A stretch of 63,823 bases of DNA, filler included, from Choristocarpus tenellus KU-1152 (Eukaryota; Protista; Phaeophyceae), in assembly GCA_964200185.2 (NCBI GenBank). It is 16 parts of 16 records of this genome, joined end to end, with 100 filler letters (N's around TTAATTAATTAA, not from the genome) between each part and the next. Parts side by side here need not be neighbours in the genome. Positions count along the whole stretch, not along the records: positions 23,251 to 29,111 come from CAXNAD020009567.1; positions 29,212 to 31,882 come from CAXNAD020025780.1; positions 31,983 to 36,542 come from CAXNAD020014005.1; positions 36,643 to 45,695 come from CAXNAD020004040.1; 12 more parts are not named here. The stretch is one strand, 5' to 3'. Both the position numbers and the translations under genes were made by a program. The notes beneath the pieces were generated by a model, which saw nothing but the letters and a program-made list of their open reading frames with translations, did no database searches and had not been told where the DNA came from. This document shows positions 25,526 through 37,300 of the stretch, piece after piece (the first letter of the stretch is position 1; the number at the start of each line of letters is the position of its first letter).

Positions 25526-25785
25526 GAGTCAAAGCATTTAAGAGGGTAGGGCCGCATCCGTTTGCTGTCCAAAACCCACTGTTACGATTTTGATGAATTT
25601 TGGGTATCGTGTTTCTTAGCAAGTGTTAATATCCTTGGTCCGGACACACCTTTCATGGTCGTAATCGGAGGATAAATTTTATTGGTAACTGTATTCTTAC
25701 AGAAATGGCATAAAAGGTCTGTGAGAAGCCAAGGCTCGAACAGACAAAGAGGGAAAAACTCCAAGCCTCTTAAATACTTTGGTCT
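25526..25785 (+). mobile_element. MITE family A, old diverged copy (TSD CCT)
   Basis: GAGTCAAAGCATTTAAGAGGGTA...CCTCTTAAATACTTTGGTCT, with a collinear interior. Confidence 0.8.
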
Positions 25786-25799
25786 CCTGACATGCAGGT

Positions 25800-27150
25800 G
25801 TAATCAAGCACCTACTCAGTGACTTCACATGGAGATGTGTTCAGTTCTTTCATCTTGCCATAGTCTGCTATTGAAAAGAGTATGATCAACCGTGTACGGG
25901 CAGAGCCTAGTATCGTGAGTTGGTCTCATCGCTCCTGCAAACCACATCAGGGAAAACCACCACCGGAAATTCCACACCAGAGCATTGAGGTGGGAGATTT
26001 TTGGTTGACTGATGTCTCCACAAGTATGGGATAATGACGAGATCAGTAATATTATGAGGGTATTCCCTTCTCGTTCCTGTCTCAATCTTGTCAAGCACAG
26101 CTACAACCTTCAGATGAGTGGCATGTGAGATGCAAGGCAGACCAGCTTGCCTGCCAGTGATGATGATGAGTTGCATACAAATCCCTAAAGATTACAAAAG
26201 TGGCTACGATAGGAAGGTACCAGATAAGGCAGTGCTGGAGCAAGCATGACTCCACAGAGTTTGAAAGCTGAGATTCGTGGTAGCAGCAGAATGTGCACCT
26301 GGTGGATGGCAAAATCTTGCTGGTGATGCTTCGTACAAGATTACCAGCTGCAATGTTTTCAGAGCCAACTGCAGTATGCAATGGGGCAAGTTTTGGTGGA
26401 ATTGTCCAAGGAGAAGATCAACATAATGTGTACCATCGAACCGCACAAGGATGGCATGAGCCAACTTCATTGGATCCAGCGATTGGGACTCTCCAAGCGT
26501 CTGAGGTTGCACCTTCCCCTCAAAGCCATCTCGGCTAGCCTGATGTGGTGTTGGTACAAGATAGAGCACATATCCAGTTCCCATCTCCCAGGATGGACAC
26601 ATATTTGCCACGTCCATTGCTATTGACTGTTCTGCAGGTTCAGTAGAATACTTGATCTGATGCCACAACCATGATAGGCACAGAGACCGAAGTGGCAGGA
26701 GGAGAAGAGGGAAAACGAGGAGGGGCAGGGTCTTGGAAGGGGGATGGTGATATATAAACATCCTGTGTCAGGGGTGGCAAGGACAGGGGAAGAAACAGCT
26801 GATCCAGTGTACATGCTGCCCGTGCAGGCCAACAGCGCTTTATATGTGTCCCTCCACCAAGATCATGTTTGGATAAATCATTGTCTGAATAGATGCAGCT
26901 CTACAACCCGATTGACAAGTTAACAGACCACCCTGCAAAGTCTCCAAGGTCAGGATCAACTTGCCAAAGGTGCGGACATGTTCGGTCCAGATATGGTCAC
27001 TTTTGGGGGAAGCATGCAGGAGGTGATACATTACAACATAGTAGCAGTCACTCCTCAAACGCACATGGTCTTCTTGGCAATAATGGCTTCTGCCAAATGC
27101 AATCAATCAGTCACCCTCTGCTTGCCCCGCCTACCAGCAGCTTACTCTCT
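25800..27150 (-). mobile_element. Highly degenerate Gypsy pol (RNase H and integrase)
   Basis: IAFGR and LILTLETLQGGL are RNase H-like; SIAMDV...GTGYVLY and LLLGQF are integrase-like. Multiple frameshifts. Confidence 0.5.
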
Positions 27151-27798
27151 TCAAAGTTTTGTGAAGAGTAATACCAAGGCAGCAGACACTAGTACTTCTG
27201 TAGGTACACATACAAGCAAGAGGGACATTTTTTTTCTTTTTAATGGTGTATGTTCTACTACGTCTCTACCACAAGCAGGTTCAGTGAATGCTGTCAAATA
27301 TATTACTTACAACAAGTGTTGCTGCTGTGGGAAAATATACCGCTCTTTCTCAGTACAATTTCCAATTCTAATGAACCATATCCTACCTACCACATAAGAG
27401 CACACCCATCGTATCACTTACTTTACCGGATGCCCAGATGATATTCACACCTTTACACCTCCTTTGGGTCACCACCACTTTCCGTGGTGTAGCGAAAGAG
27501 AGGGCAGAACTGGTGTTAGTATCTTAGGATTTGATACTTAGAATTTCATTTTTGTACAAAAACATTCGATCGTAGTTGAACCTGCTACATTATAAACATA
27601 CCTTGACCCTTAACCGTTTAACCAATCCATGCTGTCTCAAGCCTTTTCGGTAATACCGACGTACGATTATTAACCAATAATGTCCCCAACTTCCCGAAAA
27701 AATTCTGGTATTCCTCTCCCTACCAAAGTGTTGACGTCAAGAGGTTAGTAGTTCAGCAACAGCTGTATCAAGGATAGGATTTGTAGCTGGAAAAATCA

Positions 27799-29111
27799 AT
27801 GAATGTGGGAGCTGAAAAAAGCACCCAACAATCTGGCTGCGGCTCAGATGACAATCTTTGTGCAACAATCGATACAATTCGCGGGGCAGCGACGCGCATT
27901 GCTCCGCATGTTCATAGAACACCTGTGATGACCTGCGAGGCGATTGACGTCCTCAGCAACAGGCAGGTTTACTTTAAGTGCGAGCTTTTCCAAAAAACGG
28001 GATCCTTCAAAGCCAGGGGAGCTTGTAACGCTGCTCTTACAGCACCCAAAGATAGCAATGTTCTGGTGACTTCATCAAGTGGGAATCACGCCCAGGTGCA
28101 GATCAAAGCATTCATGTAGGACGCCACTTTCGCAAGTGTGATATGCATTTCTCTGCTTCCCCTAGACCGACTTGTAAGAGAGGAACCTGCTGCATTAGAT
28201 CTACTCCGTTTTTCAATGTAAGGTGCATGCTCCTAACACAAGACCCACAACTCTGGATCATGATTCGTATTGCTCGATCACATGGAGAGTTAAAGTGATG
28301 AGAAATTGGAGAAAACTCTCACCTCGTTTTGCCATAGGTGTTCTTCAACTCCACTATAGTACGCGCCCATTAACTCACCCTCAGTAGGTCTCTTCAACAC
28401 GACGAATCGTCGTCTTCATCACATGTCAAAATACCGAGTGAGAAACTTAACTGCTTTGCGAACAATCCGTACACCCCATCACCAACAATACAGGGGTTGG
28501 CGTGGGCGGCAAAAAAGGTGGGTATGCGAGCTCACGTTGTCATGCCCAAGAATTCCTCGACCGTCAAAGTTGCCGCTGTGCGTGGTTACGGTGCCGAGAT
28601 CACCTTCTGTGAACCCACATTAGAGTCACGACAGTCAACGGCAAAGGTCATGGTGGAGCAATTGAATGGCCTACTCATACACCCCTCCGACAATCCAGCA
28701 GTAATATCGGGGCAGGGTACAGCAGGCCTAGAGCTCATCGAGCAAGTTCGTGATATGGCAGTGGGTGAACTCGACGCAATTATTGTTCCAGTGGGAGGTG
28801 GTGGACTGATTAGTGGGGTAACAATTGCAGCTAAAGCGATGTGTCCAGGGATCCGAATTATTGGTGCCGAGCCATTGGAGGCGGATGACGCTTTCCGGTC
28901 CAAGGCCTGTGGTAGGCTGTGCGGTCACGATGAGCCACCGCTGACGATTGCGGACGGATTGCGAACAATTCTCGGAACTCACACTTGGCCGGTTGTACGG
29001 GATCTGGTGGACGATATTGTCACTGTTTCAGAAGGGGATATAAGGAAGTGGATGAGAGTGGTGTATGAGCGCATGAAGTTGGCCATTGAGCCCAGCAGTG
29101 CAGTGGGGGTG
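27799..29111 (+). CDS. SRR: Serine racemase / serine-threonine dehydratase (PLP fold type II); exon 1 27799-28095, exon 2 28494->29111, truncated by contig end
   Basis: Motifs FKCELFQKTGSFKARGA (PLP lysine), SSGNHAQ, HPSDNPAVISGQGT, PVGGGGLISG, GAEP, TIADGL and EPSSAVG are present. A phase-0 GT..CAG intron at 28096-28493 joins ...SGNHAQ|GLAWAAKK in frame. Confidence 0.93.
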
Positions 29112-30054
29112 NNNNNNNNNNNNNNNNNNNNNNNNNNNNNNNNNNNNNNNNNNNNTTAATTAATTAANNNNNNNNNNNNNNNNNNNNNNNNNNNNNNNNN
29201 NNNNNNNNNNNCCCCCCCCCAAAAAAAAAAGGAAAAAGAAAGGATGGGGTGTTGCAGTGCAATTACGACGGATACTATTGGTAAAGGTAAATAGCACACA
29301 AGCTACAAATATCTCACATTCGAATTCTTAAAAAAAAAAACTTTACCTTGTTCAGGTCATTACTCCAAAACAAACTCCCTCTCTCAAACTACTAACATTT
29401 CAATAGACCAATGAAGAAGAAACAGATGATAAATAACAAAAAAATCTACTTACTCAGGAGAAAAATAATAATTACGAAGAACACAATAAGAAACGCCTGC
29501 CTGAATACCATGTCACCACATAAATAGGTTCAAGAGAATTAGCATTCACACATTGGTTCAACAGCTTCCCTAGCATACCCTCTGAACAACATCATCATTG
29601 TCTGAGCAATAAAAAAATACAAAGCAACACAGTGGTAAGAGAGCAAGGGTATGAATCGACTCAGCTTCTTTTCAAATAGGACATAAAATATTTATGTCAA
29701 AAATATCATACAATAATTACAATTCTAATGTAATCACACAATCATATTGTACTATTTATATTACATTTTCTGCTGCCAAAGGAAACACTTATATCAAAAA
29801 TGACACAATAATTACAACAATTTTAATAAAATCACACAATCACACTCTACTATTTATGTCCTATTTAACCTTTACCACTACCAACTAGCCGACACCATTC
29901 AAAGAGTTAACGGATACCTAATAGCAACAAACTTGAACCCAATCATATGTACTACCACTCCCCCCCCTCACCATCCCTGCGTCAGCATATATATACCATA
30001 ATAGTAAGAACAATAATAATTATTATTATTCTCAAGTTAGTTCTCTTGTCCTAC

Positions 30055-31084
30055 CTTGCATTCTTGCAGGCTGTCTTCAGATGCCGGTTCAAAGACCCTC
30101 TATTGTAAGCAAGTGCACCCTCCAAGCCCCTCTCCAACCTACCAGATAGTTCTTCCATACCCTCTTTGATCACATCCTGGGGTGCACCTGCAGCCTCGGC
30201 TTTGGCTCGGAATCGCCTCAACAGTGCCTGGAATGATGATGGTGATGATGTCACCATATTATGTAGTGAGTAATGGTGATGTCATCATATTATGTAGTGA
30301 GTAATGGTGATGTCATCCTAAGGCCAATGGTGACATGGTAACACGAGGGGTGTGAGAAGGAGGTTACAAACACGCAGAGGAAAGTCCCTCATGCAAAACC
30401 AAGCCAAACCCTAACCCTAACAGAAAGAGTAATCACGTGTACACAATACAGACAGCCATGCAACAGACACACTAAACCAATTTATACCACAATACCTAAT
30501 AGTTCTATCATGGTGTACATTGCTTAACACAACAACACATCAACACATCAACACACATTCCATACGCCTATAGCTGTAGTAACACATTAATACATCAATG
30601 CCACACACTTCAACTATGTGCAGTTGACACAATGGTACAGTTTACATACCCAACACTATACCATAAAGATAGTAGAGGATATAGAACACAATCCAAAACA
30701 TCACTATTCAATACAGTAAAATCACTGTATGATAGAGTCAGATCACTGCACAATACAGTAAAACCACTGTACAATACAACAGTATTACTATTCAATACAG
30801 TAAAACCACTGTACAATAACAACAGTATAGGACACAACAAACAATATTGGTTCAATAACTGTTATTACACAAGAGCATTGTTACTTGATTCAATCACATT
30901 CAATTGCTTCTCAGCAATGTTTTCACAGATAAACATATTGCAATGTCTGACTTAGGGTTAGGCAACAAGTAACACCTCAGATTCCTCCTTCACATCAGCA
31001 ATAAGATCTCCAGGAGGAATGGCGGGTCCCGTATCACAAGCTTGATGGACATCCTTCATCAAAGAGTCTACCTCAAGCAGGAAC
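30055..31084 (-). CDS. Two internal exons (31084-30976, 30227-30055) of a helical protein, possibly a GBP/atlastin-like C-terminal helical region
   Basis: Canonical AG/GT borders and an in-frame join give FLLEVDSLMKDVHQACDTGPAIPPGDLIADVKEESE|ALLRRFRAKAEAAGAPQDVIKEGMEELSGRLERGLEGALAYNRGSLNRHLKTACKNA. The flanks are low-complexity and intron-like. A further upstream exon is possible near 31770-31857. The family assignment is weak. Confidence 0.6.
30244..30317. repeat. 31-bp intronic tandem repeat (~2.4 copies)
   Basis: GATGTCA(C/T)CATATTATGTAGTGAGTAATGGT repeated. Confidence 0.9.
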
Positions 31085-31982
31085 CTTCAATTGAACCACA
31101 CACACACAAACAACACAGCAATAAACACAGCAAGTAACACGACACAAATAACACAGAAAAGTGCAACACACACACATAGCATGCAACATAATGGTACCAC
31201 AACCACACAACACAAGAATAAACAAAACGCAAAGAGGTAATGGGAAAGTAGGTGTGAGAAAAAAATAACACATTAACTAACATAGTAAGAAACATAACAC
31301 AACATAACACCAATCAAAACCAGAAGTAGCACAAACCACAAAAGGGAGACGAGCACCAAACTTATGACACAATCACCTTACGGTGAGCAATAGGGTTAGG
31401 GTTATCAAACTCAGCTTGGGGACAAATGACCACCCAGAACCACGCCTTCCTTGTGCATGGCAATCGCAACACAATGTACACAGTCAATTATTACATCTCA
31501 GTCATTTACCACTTGCAGTCTTCCTAACTACTCTTTTAAAAGCAGTGTATTCCTTCTCCCCCCCCTCCCACTCCTCCCCCCAACCCTCTCCACAGCCACA
31601 TTGACACCAGTAACTCTACTGCATGGGACCCCTTCAGTACATACTGTAACAAAATACAAAATAATAATTAAAAAAATCAACAGTTACCACGCCACACTAC
31701 TAGGGTTAGGGTAAGGCTATCTTTAGTACTGCATCAAAAGCCATGTGAGTAGAAGTAGAGTCCAAGATAAAACCCTCCTCGACATTGAAAGTGACTCCTT
31801 GTGGCTCTCTCCCTCACCAGGGCAGTCATCCCATCCGATAAATATTGATTGATACCATCTACAAAGAGGGGGGGGGGGAGAGNNNNNNNNNNNNNNNNNN
31901 NNNNNNNNNNNNNNNNNNNNNNNNNNTTAATTAATTAANNNNNNNNNNNNNNNNNNNNNNNNNNNNNNNNNNNNNNNNNNNN

Positions 31983-32060
31983 GTACTTTCCGCGCATCAT
32001 TTTGGGTCAAACCCATCCTCCATAGTATGCTCCATCCTCAATTTTGGTGAGAGGCTGTTA
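31983..32060 (-). repeat. Dispersed repeat, inverted copy of 36383-36460
   Basis: TAACAGCCTCTCACCAAAATTGAG.ATGGAGCATA.TATGGAGGATGGGTTTG.CCCAAAATGATGCGCGGAAAGT occurs at both sites, each near a family C piece and a contig edge. Confidence 0.8.
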
Positions 32061-35000
32061 CTGTTTGAAAATGTTCGACATAATTCGGAAAATATCCAGT
32101 ACACATTCGTAAAAAATCCGAATTTTGTAAACGTTTACCAGTATCCTTCAAATGGAACAATAGGTACCTCTGCCTTACTTTGACTCTGCATTACTTATAT
32201 GGTGTAGTTTTTATTTGTATTCTTCAACATTCGGCGTCTGGAATTCCCTCTCTTGTGACATATGCCTTCAATCGATTATCTATATGGGCCAGTCCTGTGC
32301 CCTCATCAATCTAATGGAAATATTGGACGGATGAGAAACAATGCCTTCATCCGCTTCATTATTACTCTTATGTACTAGGTGTAAGTGTATCATACGTCGC
32401 AGGTTATTTTGCAAGGATCTGAAGTGACGAGTGACTGTGTTGTTGTACTATTTACAATACTTCCACAAAATAGGAGTGGCTTCCAGTGCAGCAGCACTTG
32501 CTTCGTCCGAGTCTCGGAACTCTACAACGTACTTTAAGTATTTGGTTTGTAGAAGAAGCATACAGCCCAGGCAGGATGGTAACTCGCAACTTTGTCAAGT
32601 GGGATTCTTTCGAGAACCAGGGCGAACAAAATGTCTCTACATGATTTCACCCAAGGAAGGGTGATATTCCTCTCTGCAGGTGAACTCAACTGTATACTGA
32701 AAAGAATGGGTGCGATCTGTCTGTGGTTAATCTCTTCGCTACAATAATGTTGCCTTTTTGACCCTATATAGTATCTATTGTTATTATTGCAGGAGGAGAC
32801 AACAGGTCCAGAACAAAAGTCAGTAGTACTGCTTGACTGACGGAACGAATATCACTCACTACATATTGACAGGTAGGCAGGATTGAAACCTTCGACATTC
32901 TAAGGTATCTTTCTTACTCTGTGGTACACTATTTATTTTTGTAGTGTACACAAAATTGATACTAGTAGATCCCCTCTCCGCACACAAAGTCACACCACAA
33001 ATAGCAAGCAAATGCTCTTTCTGCGATTGTACAAAATGGAATCATTTTGCCTTTTTTCGGGATCTTGAAAATGCAAACGTGCCCACCTACGAATTGGGGT
33101 GGCTCTCAGTTCGCATTCTTATTCGTGAGAGCATCTTTACTTGTCAAAAATAATATGAACAAAGCAGAAGTTCTCATAAAAAAGCACCCAATACAGATAC
33201 TTTGAAGGCCTAGGAACAGGACGTAAGGGATGAACTGCTGGAAGTAGCTTATTTCACGAGCACTGCTCAAGTAAGGCTCGCGAGGGAAGGAGTGAATTGT
33301 CAGAAGAAGAGAACCGTGGTGGTGGCGATGGCAGTGGGGGGTTGAGTCTTCCTCCACCTCCCTTCGTTGATTGAAGTGGCACCACATGTTCTTGATTTGA
33401 AGGCAAATACTAATGAGAGTGGACTAGGATATGGTCGTGGCACAACATGATGGAGCTCTTGAGTGCTTGTGCTTCGAGAAATGGCATGGAGATGGATATT
33501 AAACAATTTGTTGACTGATATGTAGTGCCTGTTCTTTGTATCAACGATTTCAACTACACACACTATGTTTAACATTGTCGTAGGAAAACCACGTCATAAC
33601 TGAGCAAATAGTAATATTAGTAGTAAACATAAGGATGACAACAGTTAAAAAAAAAACGTTTTTGAATGGTTAACAACAGTCTTGTAGCATTTTTTAATTA
33701 TTGAAAAGGTATTTGTTAATTATGGAGAGAAGAAACGAGGAAATTGGGATCGACTAATGCCAAGTTCCCAACCAACTCAATCATGACGCTAATCATTGAT
33801 GATGAGCCGTCTCTGTAAACCCCACCAATCTTAAGGAGGACCCACCTTGCTGATTGATCCTGATGTTGCCTTCCTCATCTATATATTTTTTTAGAGCATA
33901 GTCAATCAATGCATTTAAAAATCTGCCCAAAGAATAAAATGTGGGACTGTTACAGCACGGCCCAGAAGCTTACCTCCACAGAATGTATAGCTACAATCCA
34001 CAAGCCTATAGAAAATGCTGATGCTCACGTGAGCCTCGAGCCTCTCAGGATACTTCAACAGTCCAGAGGAGTTCATCACATATCAGGTTAGTCGAACGTC
34101 AGCTCACCAGAACAGGGGTAGCGCTCTTTATTTCTTTTGTTATCATCTGCTGTTTATTTTGTTTTGATTAACAGAAGTTGGAATAAATCTGAAAACCATA
34201 GCGACATTCCCAAGTTACAGATCCTACTCTGCAACCCTTAGCAAATCGGAGTTCCTCTTTATAAGGTTCCCCACGCGTGTATACTGCTCGCGCTTGTTAG
34301 AACGCAAGAAGAAATAATCGCGCTATTCGCCTTTAACAGGATACCTTTGTTTTTCCATGCATTTTTTGGACACAAACGTAAAACGAAGTCCGTGTTCCTG
34401 CTTGGTGTTTGTAAAGCGTGATGGAAATTATGATACAGGTCAAGATGCCACTTTCAGTTATACTTTGAGACTTTAGTTTGGATAAAGAGTGATTGAAGGA
34501 TCAAGGAAAGTCAGATCTTTGAGGTGAGGGAGTTACGTGGAAAGATCGGATTGGATGAAAACGTCACGTTATGAGGGACGCATGTTAGTTGTTACTGGTG
34601 ATGTTGTAGTAATAGCATTAGTACTTTTTTGGTGCTCTTATTCAGGTTGTTGAGGACTTGATGATCACCAAATGGGTGGGTTGGTTGTGAATGACCGATG
34701 TTGAGTCTATGATGTAATACAACAAGGATCAATCAAAGCCTACACTGTGGGAACTTCTTTAGTGAGTGGGTCTTGCTCTACCTTTCTTTGTCACTAACAA
34801 CTTCACTAACCTCTTTGCCACATTGACTGGGTATGGTTGTTTTGTATGGATATTTTCCAGCAGATGCGTGATTATATAGGGAGTTCTTTGCGTGCCTGTC
34901 TTAGACTGAGTACTGTTTGTTGTATTCCTTTCACCCAATGCCGCACATAGGGTAGACTAGTATCCCTCAAGGATATCGTTCGCAACATTCAACATGACTT

Positions 35001-35976
35001 CACACCATGTACTATGGCAAATAGATGTTCGATAGCAGTCCAGTACTGTTTTCTCCTCTGTTTCCACTCAATTGTTCCCAGTACGATGAGGTCCGTTATT
35101 GTGTACCAGAAAGTGATGTGTAGGCAGTTATCCTGACGAAAACTACTTTTATGGCATAAATCCTGCCAGTCAAAATGGACAATTTGAAACGTTTCTCGAT
35201 GAACCTATGATGCAGTACCAACGATGCAAAATTGAGTAACGACCTGTACCGAATGTGCGAATCAATAGTCAATATGAACTGGTGGATATGTTGTGTGGCA
35301 TCAACAACACAAAAGATGAGTACCCTATGGGGGTTTATCTATGCAAATTTGATAATGGAACTAAAGACGTGAAATATTTGTAGTTTTGGTGTCTATATGC
35401 TTAAGTTCAACCTTGAAAGTGGGCAACAGAGAACTCAATATTTGTAATGGAGGCATCAGAGGCCAGGGTTCTGTCAGAAACCCACATTATACCTTCAATA
35501 GTGCTCAACAAATAGTTTGTTGGACTACACAGGTAGAAGTTAGGGCTAGGGTTAGGGCAGGGTAAACAAACAACATCTTGGGTCAACCATCCCCTGAAAA
35601 TAGTGTTCAGTAAAAAATTACTGGACTAGAGTAAAATATTTGAAGTTGGGGAGGTGGTTTGGTGGTACTTTAAACATCAAATATCCAACGTACTACGAGG
35701 GTTCTTTGGAAGCGACGGAGACTTGGGCACAGCCGGAGGAGCAAGTCAAAGCCCAAGAGGCTCTGATACTAGACGCGTGGGATATGGCGGTACAGAAGGT
35801 GGAGAAGGGGGTGAGCAACACTTCTGACGATGAGCTTGAGCTGAAGAACCTCAATTTTTGGCAGTATCGGTTCCGGGAATGGGGAATAGGACAGGCTTGG
35901 CTTAGCAACCTTCGTACACAGAACACTGTCCTGTACTACATTGTGCGGTATTGTGAGTTGTATTAGATGCACTACT

Positions 35977-36229
35977 GAGTCAAATTAAACGAGAGGTTCC
36001 CAGAGTTGCATAGTAAGGATGCCTGCAAATATTATAGAAATTTTGGTGTTGTTTACAAATAGGATATTTTCTGAATTGTGTTGAAACGTTTCAAACATTA
36101 GAGAAATCAACCCTTTCAAGGCAAACTTAGCACTTCATCCATAGAAATATGGGTGAATAGTAAAGATTAAAAAGCTGGGGTATAACTCAAAACGACCAAA
36201 AACTGCATACCTCTCGTTTCCTTTTGCAC
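35977..36229 (+). mobile_element. MITE family C (~250 bp)
   Basis: TIR GAGTCAAATTAAACGAGAGGTTCCCAG...CTGCATACCTCTCGTTTCCTTTT; collinear with 40560-40795. Confidence 0.8.
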
Positions 36230-36749
36230 ATTTTGCTTTATCTTTTTTTGGGGGGGGTAGGGGATAGGTTTGATAGGTTTTCGACCTTTTTATTGGTCAA
36301 ACGACAGCATAACACTACAACTAGACTGCCGCATAGGAAAGCTTCAGCCTGTTTTGTGATTGACTCTGATTGACTCTGGAATTAACAGCCTCTCACCAAA
36401 ATTGAGATGGAGCATATTATGGAGGATGGGTTTGGCCCAAAATGATGCGCGGAAAGTGCCCATATGTTTTTTTGTAAATGTTGCGGCACTTTTTAAGGGC
36501 CCCTTTTTGAATGGGAATCCATGCCGAAGGTGGTAGTAGGACNNNNNNNNNNNNNNNNNNNNNNNNNNNNNNNNNNNNNNNNNNNNTTAATTAATTAANN
36601 NNNNNNNNNNNNNNNNNNNNNNNNNNNNNNNNNNNNNNNNNNCCCCCCTCCCCCAGATACTTTGGGTCAATGGCGGCAGGCACGCTAATGCACATACATA
36701 CACACACACTTGCTGCAAGATCAACAAGTTCATGCTTGACACAACTCAT

Positions 36750-37300
36750 TCATACCTCTTCCTCTTCTGGTGTAGCAAATGCCTTCCAAGAGAAGTGCAC
36801 AAGTATCTCACTCTGGTTGATGATCTTCAGTGTTTTTTGGCTGTTCCATTCAAGAGGTACACATTTGTCAGCAGAGTGGGGGCATCCAAAAAAATCTCTC
36901 ACCAATGAGATAGATGTCCTTCTGTCAATGTTTGCATGCCTAGCACTTACTGTGGTAACAACCAAGGAAACCCATCTAGGGACAGAGCTCTCATATCTGC
37001 ATGTGGCATTCAACTGTTGCATCTTGTTGAAACTTAAGCCAAGGAAAGTTGTTTTCTCCTTCTTCAAGCATCCATCCATGTCTCTTCAACAACACTAAAT
37101 AACCTGCCATGAGCTCTGGCCCATTGGTTTAATCAACTTCCTACATTTAAGAAAACCACATATACATATGTTATATGCATCAAGGTACAACAATTTCGTG
37201 CTTTTTAGTGGTCCTTGGAGAGTGTCATCAAAACAGTGGAGGGAATTTTTTTGTTTGATTAAGGCCAAAGATAACACTGCCGATCAATGAGAAGATAGGA
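36750..37300 (-). mobile_element. Possible hAT-like transposase relic
   Basis: LHCFDDTLQ (cf. CxxHxL) and VPRWVS (cf. TRWNS); weak similarity only. Confidence 0.3.
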
